Notes under the pieces: generated by a model | Seen by the model: the letters and a program-made list of their open reading frames with translations, nothing else | The model's database searches: none | What the model was told of the DNA's origin: nothing | Translations under genes and position numbers: made by a program | NCBI GenBank assembly: GCA_043228905.1 | Contig: JBHGNT010000012.1 | Coordinates: forward strand, 6,758,001-6,822,000 | Reading direction: 5' to 3' | Source of the DNA: Azolla caroliniana | Lineage: Eukaryota; Plantae; Polypodiophyta | Length of the DNA stretch: 64,000 nt | Shown: one piece after another, positions 23,946-36,095 of the stretch | How the letters are laid out: the number at the start of each line of letters is the position of its first letter | How positions within the stretch are numbered: position 1 is the first letter of the stretch

Positions 23946-26900
23946 GGGGTTTAAATAGTACAAGAGGGGGTAGATACATAAGGGTGTAAGCCCCCTCGAG
24001 CATTCATACTGGACACTCACTCACACCTCCTCATATCCATCCACATGCACACACGTGTGCATGTGTTCACATACGTATAGACTCACAATTACATTTATGT
24101 CCCCTACACATACACAACAACATCATGATAACATTCGACCCTCGCTCATCACACTGACTCTCCGTACATCTTGTATGGGGTAACAACAAGCTGGCTTTCG
24201 TAAACACCATAGCACCATTGATCACCTTATCACCCTTCGAGTATTAATGGAGGAAAGTCGCCTTAGAGGTAAAGGTTTATATTGTTGCTTTGTAGACTTC
24301 AAGAAAGCTTCTGATATGGTACCTCGTGAGCATCTTTGGAGGCGAATAGAAGAACTTGAGGTGCCAAGTGAATATATGCTTGCAATTTCCCGAATTTATG
24401 AGAAGGTTATATGTTGTGTGCACATGAGAGATAAACTTTCAAATTTTTTCAAAAGCACTATTGGTGTTAAGCAAGGATGGCCACTCTCACCAACACTATT
24501 TGGTCTATGCATTGATGAATTGGAAGAAATGGTTACCAAGTTTGCAAAGGAAGAATGTATTGAAGAAGTTGTCATTGGGAATGTTGTGATTATGCTTTTG
24601 CTATATGCAGATGATGCAGTGCTTTTTGCAAATACTTTAGGAGATGCACAAAAGTTTATGAAGGCATTGGAAAATATTTGCATGCATACTAAATTAAGTG
24701 TCAATAGCTCTAAAACAAATATTATGCTTGTGAAGAGCCAAAAAAGAGATAAACCATGCATTATGTACAACAATGAGCCACTTAAATGTGTGGAAAGCTT
24801 CAAATATCTTGGCCTTGAAGTTCCTTTAAATCATAGATGGAATGAATGTGCTACACGGCGCTTAGAGGCGAGCAAGCGAGCATATTATGCATTTGAGAAC
24901 ACATGCAATCTTGGAGATATTAAGTGTTGGGTCCTCAAGAAATATCTTTTCGACACTTTGGTGACACCGGTTCTTCTCTATGGGGTGGAAGTATGGGGCA
25001 ATAGCATCCCTAAATCTATGTGGAAAGAGTTTGAAAATGTCCAAAAGCATTTTCTTACCAAGTTTCTACAAGTTAAGAAACAAACGCCCTACACCCTCCT
25101 CCTCCTTGAGACGGGATCGCTTCCCATTGAGATCATGGCCATGGAAAGCGTTGTTGAATACATGCTTAAGGTTCAAAAAAGTCCTTCACATCGACTTCCT
25201 AGAATTGCATGGGAAGCAAGCAAAAAGATCCAAAAGACGCATAGAAGCAAAATTTTGTGTTCCGGTTGGATGCAAGATATAGAAAAATGGTTTGGTAGAT
25301 GGGATGCGAGACACTTGCTTCATGATGCATCATTAGATTCCTCTGTAAATGAGGCATTTTTGCAACGCCAATGTATCATGACATGGGACAAATGTGGAGG
25401 CTCACGCTTTGAACACATTATACTACACATGTTGCACCTAACTACAAAACCATATTCTTTGCGGAACGGGGAAATCGTACACATCCATACATGTTAGAGC
25501 CCATACCGTTATCTGCCATTCGAACCATTGCTTCCATGCGACTTAGCTCACATGCATTGCGATGTGAAACAGGGCGTTGGGGTACAAGTGATGAGAGTGG
25601 TCGGCTATGCACACTTTGCCCTAAACAAGTTTGTGAGTCTGAGTATCACACTTTGATACAATGCTCTGCCTTTGATCATATTTAACCATGCTTTCCACAT
25701 CTCTTCGATCGAGCCCAATCTTTGCATGAATTCCTCTCACAACCACAATGTGCACTCTCGATTGCAACATTCATTGGTAAAGTTCTTGAACATCGAGAGT
25801 CACTACTCACTTTCACATCTATCACGTGAAATGTAATATTTTTGGTCTCATAGGTCATATTTGACCTCCGAAGACGATAATATAATCTATCTATCTATCT
25901 ATCTATCTATCTCTCCTTCTCTCGTGAGTTCTACACCCTTTTCTCTCTCTTAGTACTAATTCACATCTTTTAGTACTAATTCCCTCTCTGTCTTAGTACT
26001 GTTCCTGAGAGTTTGAACCGATTTTCCCTCATCCTCTTACCCATCCTTTCTTTCATACTAATCCTCTTATCTTCCCTAATAAAATGGGAACTATTAGTGC
26101 TTAGGAATATCAATCTGTTTCCTTGGAGTTTCAGTGCTTAAAAGAGAATTTTGTAGCACTAAAACAAGAAAATCACCGTCTGTTGGGGGATCTTCAACAA
26201 GTAGCACGGGGAGCTGACGTTATGCGTGCAACAACTTGAAGCGACTATTGTATCACCACAACAACAAGGATCAAGCGCTCAAGGGACTCACAAAGAACCC
26301 AAGATCAGACTTCCTATGGAATTTGATGGAACCCGATCACAGTTCAGAGGTTTTCTTAATCAGGTACGCTTAGTGATTCAAATGCATCCTTCTCGATATC
26401 CCACCGATGCATCATGAGTGGGACTAGTAGGCACGCTACTTAGTGGCACGGCTTTGACATGGTTCGCCCCCCTGTTAGAAAAAAACTCTCCCTTGTTAAA
26501 TAATTTCAAAGAGTTTATTAGCGAGTTTAAAGCCTATTTTGGAGATACCAATAGTGTTAGGACGGCAATCAACAAAACCCAAAGATTGTGCCAAGGTGAG
26601 TGGTCAGCCTCAGCTTATGCGGCGGATTTCCGTCTTCTCACCACTTATATTCCCTGGGATGACCAGGCATTAATGGAGCAATTTCGTTTTGGCCTACGTA
26701 ATGATGTCAAGGATTTACTCTTAACTTTCCCCGAAGAGCCAAAGTCATTGACAGAAGCAATCAGTCGCGCGGTGCGATGCGATAATCGCCTTTTTGAACG
26801 ACGTTCGGAATGTCAGTTCCAAATGCCAAGGAAAATATCAGAGCCCACCTACACCTTAGTTGTAGCAAAACCTTTTCCAAGGGAGTCATATAATGTGTCT

Positions 26901-29449
26901 CTAGCAAATACTCTAACTCCGATGGAAATCGACACCACATATTGTCGCGGACCATTATCGGAAGAGGAAAAACAGTAACGTCGAGCAAATAGACTATGTC
27001 TCTATTGCGATAGACCAGGGCATATTGCGGTGAATTGTCCCCATAGGCCAAGAAGACAGGTAAACCAAATAGTCGCTAATTCTAATTGTACTAAACCCAA
27101 GTCTATTTCAGTAGGAATATCTTATAGTCCTAATAGTACTAATAGCCCAAGCCTTTCAAACCAATTTGAAATCCTTAGTCAACTAGAAGAAGAGTTAAAC
27201 GATTAAGTTCAGCCAAAATAGGAGTCGTTTGGTTGGACAACCCTAGATCTATGCAACCCATTAGTGGTTCCATTTCCTCTAAGCAAGTTAGCAATGTGTT
27301 CTTAGCTCAAGTAATGGTTAGTACTAAAAGTATTCCTCCAGTACATGTCTTAGCACTCTTAGATTTCGGAGCCAACTCTTGCTTTATGGATAGGAATTTT
27401 GCCCAAGCTCACCAGATATCCCTAAGAAAACTTTCTTGCCCAGCATCTGTAGTAGTTATTGATGGTCGTCCCATTGCTTCCGGAAAAATCGTAGAAGAGT
27501 CGGAACCAATTCAGGTTGTCCTAGATAACTTAGTGTGTGTACTATCATTTAATATAATTAGTAGTCCAGACCATCCAATTGCCTTGGGGTTACCATGGTT
27601 CGAATTACATAACCCAGACATAGATTGGAGAACAAGAGAAATCTGGGGATCTACTTCTAGGATTGCAACCATTTTGTTATGTCAATTGCATGAGGAATGA
27701 CGCAAGGAAGCAATGTTTGTCTTCGTAGTATCAGTAAAACCTTCTGACACCACTAAAGAGGAATCCACAGTTCAACTTCCAAAGAAGTATCGTCAGTATG
27801 CCGATGTGTTCGATAAGGTACAAACCAATATGCTTCCTCACCACCGACCGTATGATTCCCCCATTGATTTACAACCGGGAAAAGAGCCACCATGGGGCCT
27901 GATCTACAACTTGTCACCAACCGAGCTAGAAGTCCTTCGAGCCTATATAGAGGAGAATTTGGCAAACGGTTTTATTCCACATTCGAAATCTCCAACCGGC
28001 GTACCCATTTTCTTTGTCAAGTAAAAGGTTTCGTCTCATCATAGATTATCGTGGCTTGAATAAGAAGAGCATGATTCTCATGTACTATTAGTACTAAAAC
28101 GGCTTCGAGAACATGGTCTTTATGCAAAACTAGAAAATTGTAGTTTAGAATGCAACTAGGTGGAATTTCTAGGCTATGTCATCTCCTCGGAAGGCATCTC
28201 TATGGATCCAGCTAAGGTCAAAACTATTATAGAGTGGCAGACTCCACGTTCATTGTGAGATGTGCAATGTTTTTAGGCTTTGCCAATTTTTACCGCAAGT
28301 TTATACAGGATTATTCAAAGCTTATTCTGCCTCTCACACAGCTTACCAAGAAGGAGCAGACGTTTGTTTGGTCTAAAGAAGCGGACATGGCTTTTGAGAG
28401 TCTTAAGAAGGCATTCACATCAGCTCCTATTCTAGCTCATGTTGATCAGGCAAAACCTTTCATCATTGAGGCAGACGTGTCGGACTTCGCCTTGGGTAGC
28501 ATTCTTTCACAACAAGGCGATGATGAAAAGCTACATCCTGTGGCTTTCCACTCACACAAGTTTGACGCCGCCGAAATCAACTATGAAATTCACGATAAAG
28601 AGCTATTAGAAATAGTGGACTCTTTTACGTAATGGAGGCATCTTCTCATCAAGCCGCCGTATTCAGTGATCACAAAAATCTTGCCTACTTCCAGAATGCT
28701 CGTGTATTAAATCGATGTCAAGCTCGGTGGGCCCAATTCCTCACTCGTTTCGACTTCAAAATTACATATCGTCATAGGAAGCAGCAAGGGAAGGCATATG
28801 TGTTATCGCGACGCTCGTATCTAGCACCGCATCTCGGTGAGCCAACATTCGATAACCAAAAGCAAGTAATCCTGGGACCGGCACAACTGCAAGCAACACG
28901 AGTTTTCGATATGCCATTGGATTGCCACATTATCGATACCATGCATGAGGACTTGAAGACAGATGCTTTCGACCAAGCCATTCCAACACAAATTGATCCC
29001 TCTCAGGCATCTTGTTCACAGTCGCAACAACCAAGTACGGATTATCGACAATTCGAATGTATGTTCTTTAAGAAGCTCTTGTATGTTCCTAATGGTTCTT
29101 GTTGCCTTCAAGTAGTCCAAAATTGTCATGACACATACAATTGGGCATTTTGGTAGTACTAAAACGTTAGATTTAGTACAAGGATCATTTTGGTGGCCCC
29201 ATATGCGACAATTTGTCGAAGATTATGTTCGGACATGTGATACATGTTGCAAAGCAAAGATGCCAACACATCATCCATATGGTTTATTGGAACCATTACC
29301 AATTCCCAGCAAGCCGTGGCAATCCATTGCTCTATATTTCATCACAAATCTTCCAGTTTCTAAGGGATTCAATGCGATCTTAACAGTAGTAGATCGATAT
29401 ACAAAGATGGCCCATTTCCTTCCATGTACTAAGGAAATCACTGGTGAAG

Positions 29450-32400
29450 TGTTGAGAGACAAGCTCAACATTCGTGCGTAATACGATGCGTAACCCAGTG
29501 CGTAGACTGGGTGTGTAAATAGGTATGCATAACATGGTCGTATCAGTGCGTAAACCGAATGGCCGTTAGAGAGATATTCCTCGTAAGGAATCATTTGGGA
29601 GTAAGTGTCGAGGCTCATTTATGAGCAGTCAAGTACTGTCAGTACTTGTGTCAGCCCTATTGTCAAGGCTTGTATAAAAGGTGCTCACTGAGCACAGTGT
29701 ATGTACAGATTGAGTATTATTTTGAATTGCGTTTTTGTGTGTTCTCTCTCTCTCTATCTCTCCCGCGTATTGTGTATATTCAAGCTCTCCATTAAACCTG
29801 CGTATTTTCTGTGTTCAGTGTTCTGTTGCTTCCGCACATAATCCTTTACATGGTATCAGAGCGGAAGGGTTATAAGTGTTATAACCCTCGCACCAAACAA
29901 GCGCGCGTGAGCCGTGACGTTGTGTTTGACGAGTCCGCGTCCTGGTACTTGCCTCCGACTCCGGACCTCACTTCTAATCCGAGTTCTGACGATGAGGTCA
30001 GCGAGGCCGAGATGCCTCCGGATGAGCTAGAAATTGGGACCCACGAAGAGAGTCCAATTTCGTTTCGGTTAAGCGGACCGAATGGACGACTGAGTCGGTT
30101 CGACTAGTCCGAGGAAGAGTCGGCGAGTAGTGGAGACTCGGTCATGCATTCCCCGCGCACGAAGCCGAGGAGACGTCTTACGCGCAAGGATAAAGGGAAG
30201 AAGAAGGTGTCGGATTATGGCGCGGATAGGAACGAGTCAGATCGACGCAAGTCTGACCCCGAGGGAAGTGATGACAAGTCTTCGGGAGCGAAGTCCGCGT
30301 CGGCTAAGATAGCCTCAACATCAGCTAATGAGCAATTACGTTGATCTACCCGCTAGAAGAACCCTGTTGTGCGGTTCGGATACAATGAGTACATGGCGCA
30401 TCACTATGCGTACATGACCCGTGTAGCGGAAGTGTGTGAGCCAGAGAACTACGCAGAAGCGGCGAAGACCACGAATTGATGTGCCACAATGGAGGAAGAG
30501 ATGCGCACATTGGCGGAGAATGAAACCTGGGACCTGGTTGACGCACCGAAAGGTGTGAAGCCGATCGGATGTAGGTGGGTGTACAAGGTCAAGTACAACA
30601 TCGACGGCTCGGTCAACCGATACAAGACCCGGTTAGTAGCGAAAGGTTACGCGCAGAAACACGGCATCAACTACGATGAGATGTTTGTGCCGGTCGCGAA
30701 GATGACGACCGTCCGTTTTTTGCTCACGGTAGTTGCGGCAAAAGGGTGTCACTTACATCATATGGATGTAAAGAATGCTTGAGGAACAGGTATACATGGT
30801 ATAGCCCCCCGGATTTCACTCCGGAACGAACACTTCGGCGGTGTGCCGATTGAAAAAGTCCCTTTACGGACTAAAGCAAGCCCAGCGTGCCTAGAACGCG
30901 AAGATCACGCAATGATTGCGTCGGTTGGGTTTTGCGACGTCAAAATTGGACTCCTCATTGTTCATCCGGAAAGGTCAACTCGGTCCGGTTAGCATTTTAC
31001 TTTATGTTGATGACTTGGTCATCACCGGTGTTGACCTAGGTGAGATTGACCACGTGAAGCTCTAGCTTGCGGCATCATTCGACATGAAGGATCTGGGGGA
31101 CCTTCATTACTTCCTCGGGATCGAAGTGATCCACACCCCCGAAGGCATACTTATCAGCCAATGGAATTACGTGCTGCGTACGCTCTTCAAATTCAAGATG
31201 GCCGACTATAAGTCCGTCTTGACTCCTCTAGATAGAACCGTCAAGCTTTGCCCCGATTCCGGAAAGGTATGCGACCCGAAGAGGTTCCGACAGATAGTTG
31301 GAAGCCTTATATACTTGTCCATCACCCGACCATATCTCAGCTAGCCGGTCGAGGTGATTAGTCAGTTCATGGCGCGACCGACCGAGCAGCACCTTCAGTG
31401 CGCACAACGCGTACTCCGGTACGTCAGTGACACTAAGGACCGAGGGCTACTATATCGAACCGATGTTGCGGCGCAGTTGGTCGGTTACACCGACACTGAT
31501 TGGGCCGGGAACGCTGGCGATTGCTGATCCACGTCTGGTTTCGCGTTCTCTCTTGGGAGTGTCACGATCGCATGGAGTAGCAAGAAGCAGTCGACAATTG
31601 CATTGTCGAGCACCGAAGCCGAGTATAGAGGAGCGGTTGTTGCGACATGCGAAACCATATGGTTGAAACGGCTATTACGGGATCTGCATGTAGAGGTGTC
31701 TGATCCGACGACAATCTACTGCGACAACCTCAGCAGTATCCAACTAGCTAAGAACCCCGTCTTCCACGCCCGGACTAAGCACATTGAGGTGCACTACCAT
31801 TTCGTCTATGAGCATGTCCTCTCCGGTGAAGTCGAACTTCAGTATGTTCCGACGGATCGGCAGAACGCCGATATCTTCACCAAGCCTCTTGGTCTAGACA
31901 AGTTGCAGCAATTCTCGGATGTGCTTGGGTTGCGTTACCTTGACGTGCTGAACTTGAGGGGGAGAGACGTTCATAATGACCATGGAAGGGAGCAGGAAAG
32001 GAGCGTCCATGATGACCACAGAAGGGAGCAGGAAAGGAGCGGAAAAGACCGTGACGCTGAGTCGGATGACGAATTCGATTTCGCATCGGCTGAAGAAGTC
32101 GAGGCCGGATCCGCGGAAGAGTCCGAAGGCGGACATGGGAGACGAAGCCATCAAAGGTGAGAAGACTGAAGACAAGTTAGAGACAACCAACTCGGACGAG
32201 AGAGAAAACCGATCAGAGGAAGCCGAGTCGATTCGGCTATTTGATTCGGATACGCTGAATCAAGCAAGGGCCAAGCGGAAGAGAAGCCAGCAGAAGAGGC
32301 GCCAACACCGCAACAGCAAGGAAGCTGAGAAGGGCCCTGTAAGCAGACAAGCTGACAAGAAGGGTCGAGGCGCGCGGAATCGAACGGGTTGAGGAGCACA

Positions 32401-32627
32401 AGCGAGGCGTGAAGCCAGAAGGAACCGGAGCGTAGATCCGGCGAAGCAGTGGAACCTCAAGTTGAGCTTGAGGGGGAGTGTTGAGAGACAAGCTCAACAT
32501 TCGTGCGTAATACTATGCGTAACCCAGTGCGTAGACTAGGTGCGTAAATAGGTACGCATAACATGGTCGTATCGATGCGTAAACCGAAAGGCCGTTAGAG
32601 AGATATTCCTCGTAAGGAGTGTCGAGC
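29450..32627 (+). mobile_element. Internally deleted copia (family A-like): 5' LTR 29450-29850, PBS 29851-29862 fused directly to the integrase C-term, degenerate RT/RH, PPT, truncated 3' LTR from 32479
   Basis: TGGTATCAGAGC|GGAAGGGTTATAAG (KGYKCYNP). RT/RH motifs with stops. Both LTRs start TGTTGAGAGACAAGCTCAACA. Confidence 0.9.
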
Positions 32628-33943
32628 CACATTCGACTCCGACTGGGACATGCCACCCTTGTCCTTCCATCTTGTCTCCTCATTCAGGATACTTGTCTTT
32701 ACCACTTGTAGAGACTGGTTTTCTTCTTGACACAAGGTGCTGAGAGTCACCATCAGGTTCTCCCAATTGTCCGGCAGGGTACATAGTAGCAACAAGGCCT
32801 GCATAACATCATCAAGGGGGAACTTGGTTGCCACAAGTTGGTTTACTAGCCCCATGAATGGATTTATGTGCACCATTATGCTTTCTCCATCTTTGTACTT
32901 CAATCTGACGATCTTTCTCATCAATGAGGTTTTGTTTAGGGCATTCTTCCTCTTGTATTGCCCTAACAACTTGTGCCACATCTCGTAGGCGTTTGTGTCA
33001 TTAGCCATATGATGAAGGACACTAACATCTACACATTGTTTGATGGTAACCATCGCCTTCCTGTTCAGTAGTTTCCATTTAGACTCTAATACCCCCTTGG
33101 GTATTTCTTGTCTATCAATAGGTTCATACAAATCCGTGACTATTAGGAGATCTTCCATCTTGATCTTCCAGTCAGCATAGTTATGTGAGTTCAAGATCAT
33201 CATTCCTAGGAAACCGCTCACACCTCCTTCCATCTTTCACCTTGTGCTCTGATACCAATTTGAAGGGATAGGGACCGTAGATCTATGAGAAAGATGAATA
33301 GAAATAAACAGTGTGAAAGTAGAGAAACAACGAAAGACACAAAACACAGAGTACACATTATTTTACATGGAAACCCTAAACAAGGGAAAACCACGAGCAA
33401 CAAAGAATTACTACTATGACAGAGATATACAAAGAAGAATAGGTTACAACACTCTCTCAGTACAGAGTGTATCAGCCATGCAGGGCTCTTGGCGTCTAGT
33501 CTCACACAATTATCGTGCCGCTTACTCGTGCGCTCTCACGTCTCTCTCTATTTCACTCTCTATTGTTATGCTTTGTACTACACATTATTTTTTTCCCTAG
33601 GTGTATATATACCAATACACATTATGGGCTATTTACAAATATGATTGTTATTATTATTATTACTCTCTGTTAATCAACAGACTCCAATGTGGGCTTTCCA
33701 GTCGGCCCGACTAGTCGACTCCCATGTCGGTTATCCAGTCAATCCGACTAGTCGACTCCACTGTCGACTATCCGGTTGGCCCGACTAGTCGGCCTTGTCT
33801 TTGACTTGGACCATTTGTCCAATATTGTCGACTCACTGGTCAATCCGATCGACCATCTTGTGTTCGACTTGTCGATCCGGCTACCGACTTCTTCCTCGAC
33901 TTCGACTGTCAACTTCTCCCATAGGAGGGACATTTTCCTAACA
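32628..33943 (-). mobile_element. Truncated copia 5' end: LTR ~33261-33943, PBS(Met) 33246-33257, gag N-terminus
   Basis: ORF 32595-33233 is homologous to the gag at 9645 (NYADWKIKMEDLL...). PBS sits next to the LTR end. Confidence 0.88.
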
Positions 33944-33971
33944 ATATGGGCACCTCTTATCATAGTTAAGG

Positions 33972-34204
33972 GGTTGCTTTTCAATCCATAGATAAGGATT
34001 TTTGTTCAAGGACTCAAATTCTCTTATTATTAGGTTTTTTCTCATAGGCCCATGACATTGAAGTTGTGTTACAATTTACAAAGAGGCTTTTATTTGTAAA
34101 TTGTAACACAACTTCGACGTCATGGGCCTATGAGAAAAAACCTAATAATAAGAGAATTTGAGTCCTTGAAACAAAAATCCTTATCTATGGATTATAAAGC
34201 AACC
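33972..34204. repeat. Near-perfect inverted repeat, ~111-bp arms with a 10-nt loop
   Basis: 33972-34082 is the reverse complement of 34093-34204, with a few mismatches. Confidence 0.92.
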
Positions 34205-36038
34205 TCATAATTGTTGCAAATGGCGTTGATGAGTAGAAGTGTCAAAACATTTCATGCATAGGAATAATGACTACGTCTTTAACTATGAACCATATTTATT
34301 CCCGAGAGAACAACCTTGATATGGATTAAATTCTCCATATGGCATATTGAAAGGTATTTAGATTGGCCTCAAATCTTGAATCCAATTATCATTTTGGAAA
34401 ACAATTCCAAGGTACACCGTGTCGTTTGATGTAGAGATAATCGTATCACATGCAAATCCCATCCCAAAGTCTAGCATAATTAATCCTCTTCGAATTTGGT
34501 GTCCATAAATGTGCTAAATCATTGAATTGTGGTTCTAAGAGCTCATTTAAAAGGTTTTAATTTTAGAAGTTATGTATGATGTGATACTTGAAAGAGTTAT
34601 TTTTAAACTCTATTAGTTCACATCATATAAATTAGGAATGTTTCTAGAGCTTTGTGCACATGATTTCCCTCACACATTTTACCTATGGGTTCCTTGAGGA
34701 TGACAATTGATCTTGTTTGCACTCTATCTCTCTCGCTCTTCCCGTTGATTTGCCTATAAGATTAGGTTACAAGAAGCCAACATAGAAGCTCGTTAGGTGT
34801 GTTTAAATATTAGTTATAGGAATGTCTCGACATGAGGGATTTGGTCTTGATGTGTTGAGTATCAAACTTATGTGAATGACCTTTGATTTCATGTAACTTT
34901 TCAACAAATGACCACCTTTTATAAAAGAATCGGGACCAAGCTACATAGACATTACATATTTCACTTTATCCAACTTTCTCTTCGGAATCGGGGCCAAAGA
35001 TTCTTACCTCCAAAGCCCCCACTCACCTCTTGATTCGAGAAAGGAGTTAGTGGAATTCTCTACATACATACCAATGTATATAAGTAACCACATCTTAAAA
35101 GGATAACATGTTTTGGACTGGAAAGGGAGAGACTTTTCAAACTTAATATGGATATGTCTTGTGTTGGACTCCTCTTGGTTTCCAAGAGATTCTCTCTCTT
35201 TCTCTCTATAAAGATGAAACACATTTGGGAGAGTGTAGCTACACTAAGATTGGATGAGAAAATTTCATTCAAGTTTGAACTTTAAGCTAGAGGCTAAAAG
35301 CAATATATGCTCAAATGTGAAGGCAGCCATAGTTTAACAAGGCCATTGGAATGAAGGAGTATATTTGTTAAAAACTAATCAAATGTAAGTTGGAAAATTA
35401 TAGAGGGTAAAAGCTTTAGTTTGTTAGGAAACATAAATATGTGTATAGATAGGTAGATAACTTTGTTGCCACATTTAGAGGTTTTACTCACATTGGATAG
35501 TTGTGAATCGTGATTTGATGGTGTATCTAAATAAGGTTGCCAACTTTAGCAAGTATATTTTGATGTGTACATAATAAGCTAGACTAGTTTAGTAATTTGC
35601 TACATTTGGAGGTAGTTTCAAATACTCATCATCATTTTTTGACATGGTTGGCTTTACTTTTAAATCTAGTAAGGATCAAATGGAAAGTTAGATCCTTGCC
35701 ATTTGATCTCTTCTTGTTTATCTTTCTAATGAAGACTTTGATGGTCCTCCTACTCATACATTCGTGTTGTTAGTAAAATATCTTTAAAAGATTTATAGTT
35801 ACAATTTCTTTTTTGACATCTTTATAGTTCATATCTAGGTGTTCTATATATAGTTATATAGTTTGTTTTTATTTGCCATCATACATATATCATATCTACA
35901 TGATATGTACTTATGCATTATATAGCAACTTGATATCTTTACATAAAATATCTACATATTGTGTATGTATATACATATCTACATATATTTATGTATATGT
36001 AGTATACATCGTATGAGTGTTTGTTGTATACATCATAA

Positions 36039-36039
<1 letters not shown>

Positions 36040-36094
<55 letters not shown>
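36040..36094. repeat. (TG)n microsatellite
   Basis: Read directly from the sequence. Confidence 0.95.

Positions 36095-36095
<1 letters not shown>

Larger units (their letters stand above)
16211..24185. mobile_element. Non-autonomous 8-kb insertion with ~240-bp inverted termini (16211-16450 / 23945-24185), TGTTA...TAACA ends and a 5-bp TSD ACAAG
   Basis: Arms differ by one substitution and one 1-bp indel. ACAAG at 16206-16210 and 24186-24190. The empty site TATGGACAAGCTGGC is present in the LINE paralog at ~59293-59307. Confidence 0.93.
14428..25912 (+). mobile_element. Non-LTR retrotransposon (APE endonuclease + RT + C-terminal Cys/His motif; RTE/RTEX-like), ORF split at 16210/24191, (TCTA)n tail; its 5'-most bases lie at ~8982-8998
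   Basis: APE motifs WNCNG, LVETW, GGVA, GDMNA, IDY, SDH. RT motifs QAGFR (rejoined across the insertion), DFKKA, GVKQG.PLSP, YADD, FKYLG. C-terminal RLSSH..CETGRW..CTLC..E.EYH..C. One frameshift near 25410. Confidence 0.92.
8681..29449 (+). mobile_element. Second gypsy chromovirus: 5' LTR split into 8681-8982 and ~25913-26010 by 17 kb of nested insertions; degenerate gag-PR-(deleted RT)-RH-IN at ~26100-29449, cut by a copia LTR
   Basis: gag FDGTRSQFRGFL...PMEID, protease ALLDFGA, PPWGLIYNLS, RH ADVSDFALG, IN GHFG/CDTC/VDRYTKMAHF. The LTR halves are linked by a 12-nt complementary pair (8851-8862 and 26013-26024). Confidence 0.75.

Noticed and set aside
16211-24185. DIRS, Polinton or CACTA/MULE assignment for the inverted-end element
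   Set aside because: DIRS makes no TSD, Polintons have 6-bp TSDs and AG-type ends, CACTA has 3-bp and MULE ~9-bp TSDs. None fits a 5-bp TSD with TG..CA ends.
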